NCBI GenBank assembly: GCA_965214705.1
Contig: OZ243972.1
Span: 2,304,001-2,368,000, forward strand
Direction: 5' to 3'
Source of the DNA: Alphaproteobacteria bacterium
GTDB lineage: Bacteria; Pseudomonadota; Alphaproteobacteria; UBA828
DNA length: 64,000 nucleotides
Part shown: in pieces, positions 61,384 through 64,000 of the stretch
Layout of the letters: each line of letters starts with the position of its first letter
Numbering within the stretch: the first letter of the stretch is position 1
Program-made: the position numbers and the translations under genes
Notes under the pieces: model-generated
What the model was told of the DNA's origin: nothing
What the model saw: the letters and a program-made list of their open reading frames with translations, nothing else
Database searches by the model: none

Positions 61384-63636
61384 TCAGAACGGGGTCGGAT
61401 CGGCGAAGCGGCGCAAGACGTTCTCGGTCATGCGCGAGACGTTGTTGTCGTGGTCGTTGTGGGCGAGGCTGCCGCACCAGGAGATCGAGCTGGTGGAGAA
61501 CACCGCGCCGCCGTTCGGGGTCTCGTAGAACACGATGTCGGCACGCACCAGCGGGTCCTGGGTGCCATCGCAGTTGGGCCGGTTCACGTCGAGCTCTTCG
61601 CAGACCACGAGGTAGAGGTCGGTGTGGCCTTCCGAGCTCGCCAGCACATAGGTGTTGGGCGGCGTGCCCAGCAGCGGGTCGGCCCGGTCGAGCTCCAGCC
61701 CCGCCGCGCCGCCGCCGATCAGCCCGAAATCGCCGATCTTCTCGTCCTTGCCGATGCCCTCGCAGATCCAGGCGACCTCCTTCTTGAAGCTGTCGGGCTG
61801 GCGCACGTAGTAGGACGAGATGTCGAAGCCCTGCGCGCTGAAGCCGGTGCCGGCGATGACCTGCGGCGGCCGGCCGTTGCGCCGCCAGAGGCCGCCGTAC
61901 TCGCCGGTGAAGCTGTGATAGTACTCGCCGGGCCGCGCGATCCAGGTGCGGATGCCGTCCTCGGCGCGGCGCACCTCGATACAGCCCGGCACCTCGGTGT
62001 GGTAGGCGATGCGCCAGTACCAGCCGTTGGCGCCCATGTACATGAGCCGCCCGCCGCGCTGCTGGTAGGCGTACATCGCATCCCACATCGCCTTGGAGTG
62101 GTACTCGGGGTGCGAGCCGGTGAGCACCACCGTGTAGTCCTCGATCGCCGCCAGGCCCTCGTAGTGCAGGTCCTCGTCGGTGACGACGTCGTACTCGAAG
62201 CCCTTCGCCTCCAGCCACTCGGTGAGGTGGGTGTCGGCGTTGAACTGCCAGAGCGTGGATTCGGTGCCGCCGATCCATTCCAGCGCCTTCGGGCGGAAAT
62301 TCAGGACCGGCCTGAGCCGCGAGGAGTAGCAGATGCCGCTGCCGTCGATGTGGCTGTCGTAGAGCGAGGTGCCGTATTCCCGGTGCTCGCTGCGCTGCAG
62401 GTTCTTCTCGTTCAGCACCGTGAGCCGGCCGGCGAGAATTTGCGCCGCGCCCATGTTGGTGGACATGTTGGTGTTGGCGTAAGCCATGTAGCTCGCGGTG
62501 GGCAGCAGGAAGCAGATCTTCGCGGTGGGCGCGCCGCGCGGGGCGCGCACGGCGAAGGGGATGTACTCCTCGCCGCCGCCTTCGCCGCGCAGCCTCGCGG
62601 CATAGACGCCGCTCTTCAGCCGCTTCGGGCAGGTGAGCGAGAAATCGACCTCCCAGCGTGCGTCGTAGACGTCGTCCTCGTGGAAGTGAATCGCGCCGTA
62701 CTGCTCCGGCGCGTTCTGCCAGTTCATCTCGCTGCCGTCCCAACACCAGCCGGTGACGGCGCGGGTCGGCAGGTTGACGAGGCTGCCGTGCAGCGCGTTG
62801 GCGGAAAGATCGGTCGCCGTCGTCGTTTTGATGCCCTGGGAGAAGTCCCAGGTGCCGACGATGGAGGTGGCGAGCGCGCCGTCCACCGGGCGGGTCTTGG
62901 CAAGTTCCATCTCCGCCGGGGTCAGCACGCGGTTGGCGACGCGGGGGCTGTCGATGCGCCCGTTGTAGAAGCCGCCGCAGACCGTGCGGCCCTTGTCGAC
63001 ACGCCGGAAGTAGCCGCCCATGGTGAGCGGCGCGTCGTGCTTCCCCGGCCCGCTGAGCTCCGATTTCTTCTTCAGGACGCGGGCGTCGTTGACGTTGGGG
63101 TAGTCGTTGAGCGGCTGCTGCACCAGCCCGATCTGCTTGGTCTCGGCGTTGTAGGTGGCGGCGACGAAATACCACTGGTGCGGGATCAACGGCCGGTTGG
63201 TGGCCGTGACCTCAATATTGCCGTCGCCGTCGCCGAGGCAGAGCGCGAGCGAGCCGTCCTGCTTGGTGATGATGAGCGCGGCACCCGCCTTGTCGCGGTC
63301 GCGCCAGTTGGAGATCAGCGCCTGGGTGCCGCGATCGGGCGTCGTCGGCCAGATGAAGGCCTGGAAGGTGAAGCTCTCCAGCCCCTGGATCGCGGGATGG
63401 GACGGGACCTCCATGAAGGAGCCGTCGTAGCAGACCTGCTTGCGCCCCTTGTAGGTGCCGCTCGCGCTGGTTCTGACCACCTGCTCCTTGACGCCGGGGC
63501 CGTCGGGGTTCTCGTCGCCGCAGATGAGGCGAACGATGTCGCACTTGTAGGTGGGGGCTTCGGAACTCACCATGAAGTTGATGGTCTCTCCCGGCGTCAC
63601 GCTGACGCGGTCGGCATAGCCCGCGATTCTGGTCAT
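61384..63636 (-). CDS. N,N-dimethylformamidase large (beta) subunit family
   Basis: N-terminal GYADRVSV.PGE, LamG-like domain, AIHFHEDD, YMAYAN, SLYD.H, GSHPEY, GANGWYW. Confidence 0.9.
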   Translation of the reverse strand: MTRIAGYADRVSVTPGETINFMVSSEAPTYKCDIVRLICGDENPDGPGVKEQVVRTSASGTYKGRKQVCYDGSFMEVPSHPAIQGLESFTFQAFIWPTTPDRGTQALISNWRDRDKAGAALIITKQDGSLALCLGDGDGNIEVTATNRPLIPHQWYFVAATYNAETKQIGLVQQPLNDYPNVNDARVLKKKSELSGPGKHDAPLTMGGYFRRVDKGRTVCGGFYNGRIDSPRVANRVLTPAEMELAKTRPVDGALATSIVGTWDFSQGIKTTTATDLSANALHGSLVNLPTRAVTGWCWDGSEMNWQNAPEQYGAIHFHEDDVYDARWEVDFSLTCPKRLKSGVYAARLRGEGGGEEYIPFAVRAPRGAPTAKICFLLPTASYMAYANTNMSTNMGAAQILAGRLTVLNEKNLQRSEHREYGTSLYDSHIDGSGICYSSRLRPVLNFRPKALEWIGGTESTLWQFNADTHLTEWLEAKGFEYDVVTDEDLHYEGLAAIEDYTVVLTGSHPEYHSKAMWDAMYAYQQRGGRLMYMGANGWYWRIAYHTEVPGCIEVRRAEDGIRTWIARPGEYYHSFTGEYGGLWRRNGRPPQVIAGTGFSAQGFDISSYYVRQPDSFKKEVAWICEGIGKDEKIGDFGLIGGGAAGLELDRADPLLGTPPNTYVLASSEGHTDLYLVVCEELDVNRPNCDGTQDPLVRADIVFYETPNGGAVFSTSSISWCGSLAHNDHDNNVSRMTENVLRRFADPTPF

Positions 63637-63711
63637 GTGTAGCTCCCCCAGGGCCTGGCGGTAGATTGTCGGTGGTGCAGAGGGCCGCTCGCGCGGTGGC
63701 GATTGCGGCGG

Positions 63712-64000
63712 TTACTCAGGCAGCGCCTTGCCGGTGTGCTGCTTCCAGCGCAAGCGGAAGACGTAACGCTCGGCGTCGTCGATATTGTCGAAGGTCTTGT
63801 CGAGCAGCTTGACGGGCTTGCCGCGCACGCCCGAGAGCTGGGCCAGGCGCCATTCGCGGCCCGGCTTGGTGCAGACCAGGCAGTGCTTGCCCTTCACGTC
63901 GGCACCCCTCAGCGTGTTGAGCACCCGCTGCAGGTCGGGGCTGTGATGGCCAATCGGCTTGGCCATGAACTCGTCGACGACGTAAAGGTCCTTTTCCGTG
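63712..64000 (-). CDS. N,N-dimethylformamidase small (alpha) subunit-like protein, 5' end beyond the window
   Basis: EF.AKPIGHHSPDLQRVLN.LR...AERYVFRLRW; directly upstream of the beta subunit; frame open to the window edge. Confidence 0.75.
   Translation of the reverse strand, partial: TEKDLYVVDEFMAKPIGHHSPDLQRVLNTLRGADVKGKHCLVCTKPGREWRLAQLSGVRGKPVKLLDKTFDNIDDAERYVFRLRWKQHTGKALPE

Noticed and set aside
61135-63642. Long antisense ORFs (835 aa here; similar ones at 2980-4965, 5503-7554, 14247-16238 and 28926-30806)
   Set aside because: Shadow ORFs opposite well-supported genes, expected at high GC; no recognisable motifs

Overview
High-GC window that looks alphaproteobacterial, judged from the ETF-QO-TPR-ispE, rpoZ-rsh and rarA-crcB-rluC-ATP12 gene orders. 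It mixes housekeeping genes with a large sulfur and organosulfonate metabolism region. That region has a LacI regulator divergent from tauABC-xsc-pta, which converges on an operon of acylating aldehyde dehydrogenase (SauS-like), two succinyl-CoA-synthetase-like ligase subunits and a second citrate synthase. A minimal soxYZ-soxE-soxF cluster and a YeeE gene lie nearby. Mobile-element structure read directly from the sequence: an IS5 inserted inside a sister IS5, which itself sits inside a ~149-bp inverted-repeat element that supplies stop codons to both flanking genes; a decayed integrative islet at tRNA-Glu (13-bp att repeat, integrase C-terminal remnant, Ni/Co-transporter cargo); dnaB and IS3 fragments at ~20.4-20.7 kb; and an AT-richer small-protein/aspartic-protease cassette at ~40.8-41.8 kb. 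Also present: tRNA-Arg(ACG), a PAS-PAS kinase with three output-less receiver domains, a Baeyer-Villiger monooxygenase, cobalamin nucleotide-loop genes and an N,N-dimethylformamidase alpha/beta pair. Product calls come from motif recognition only; no database searches were run.
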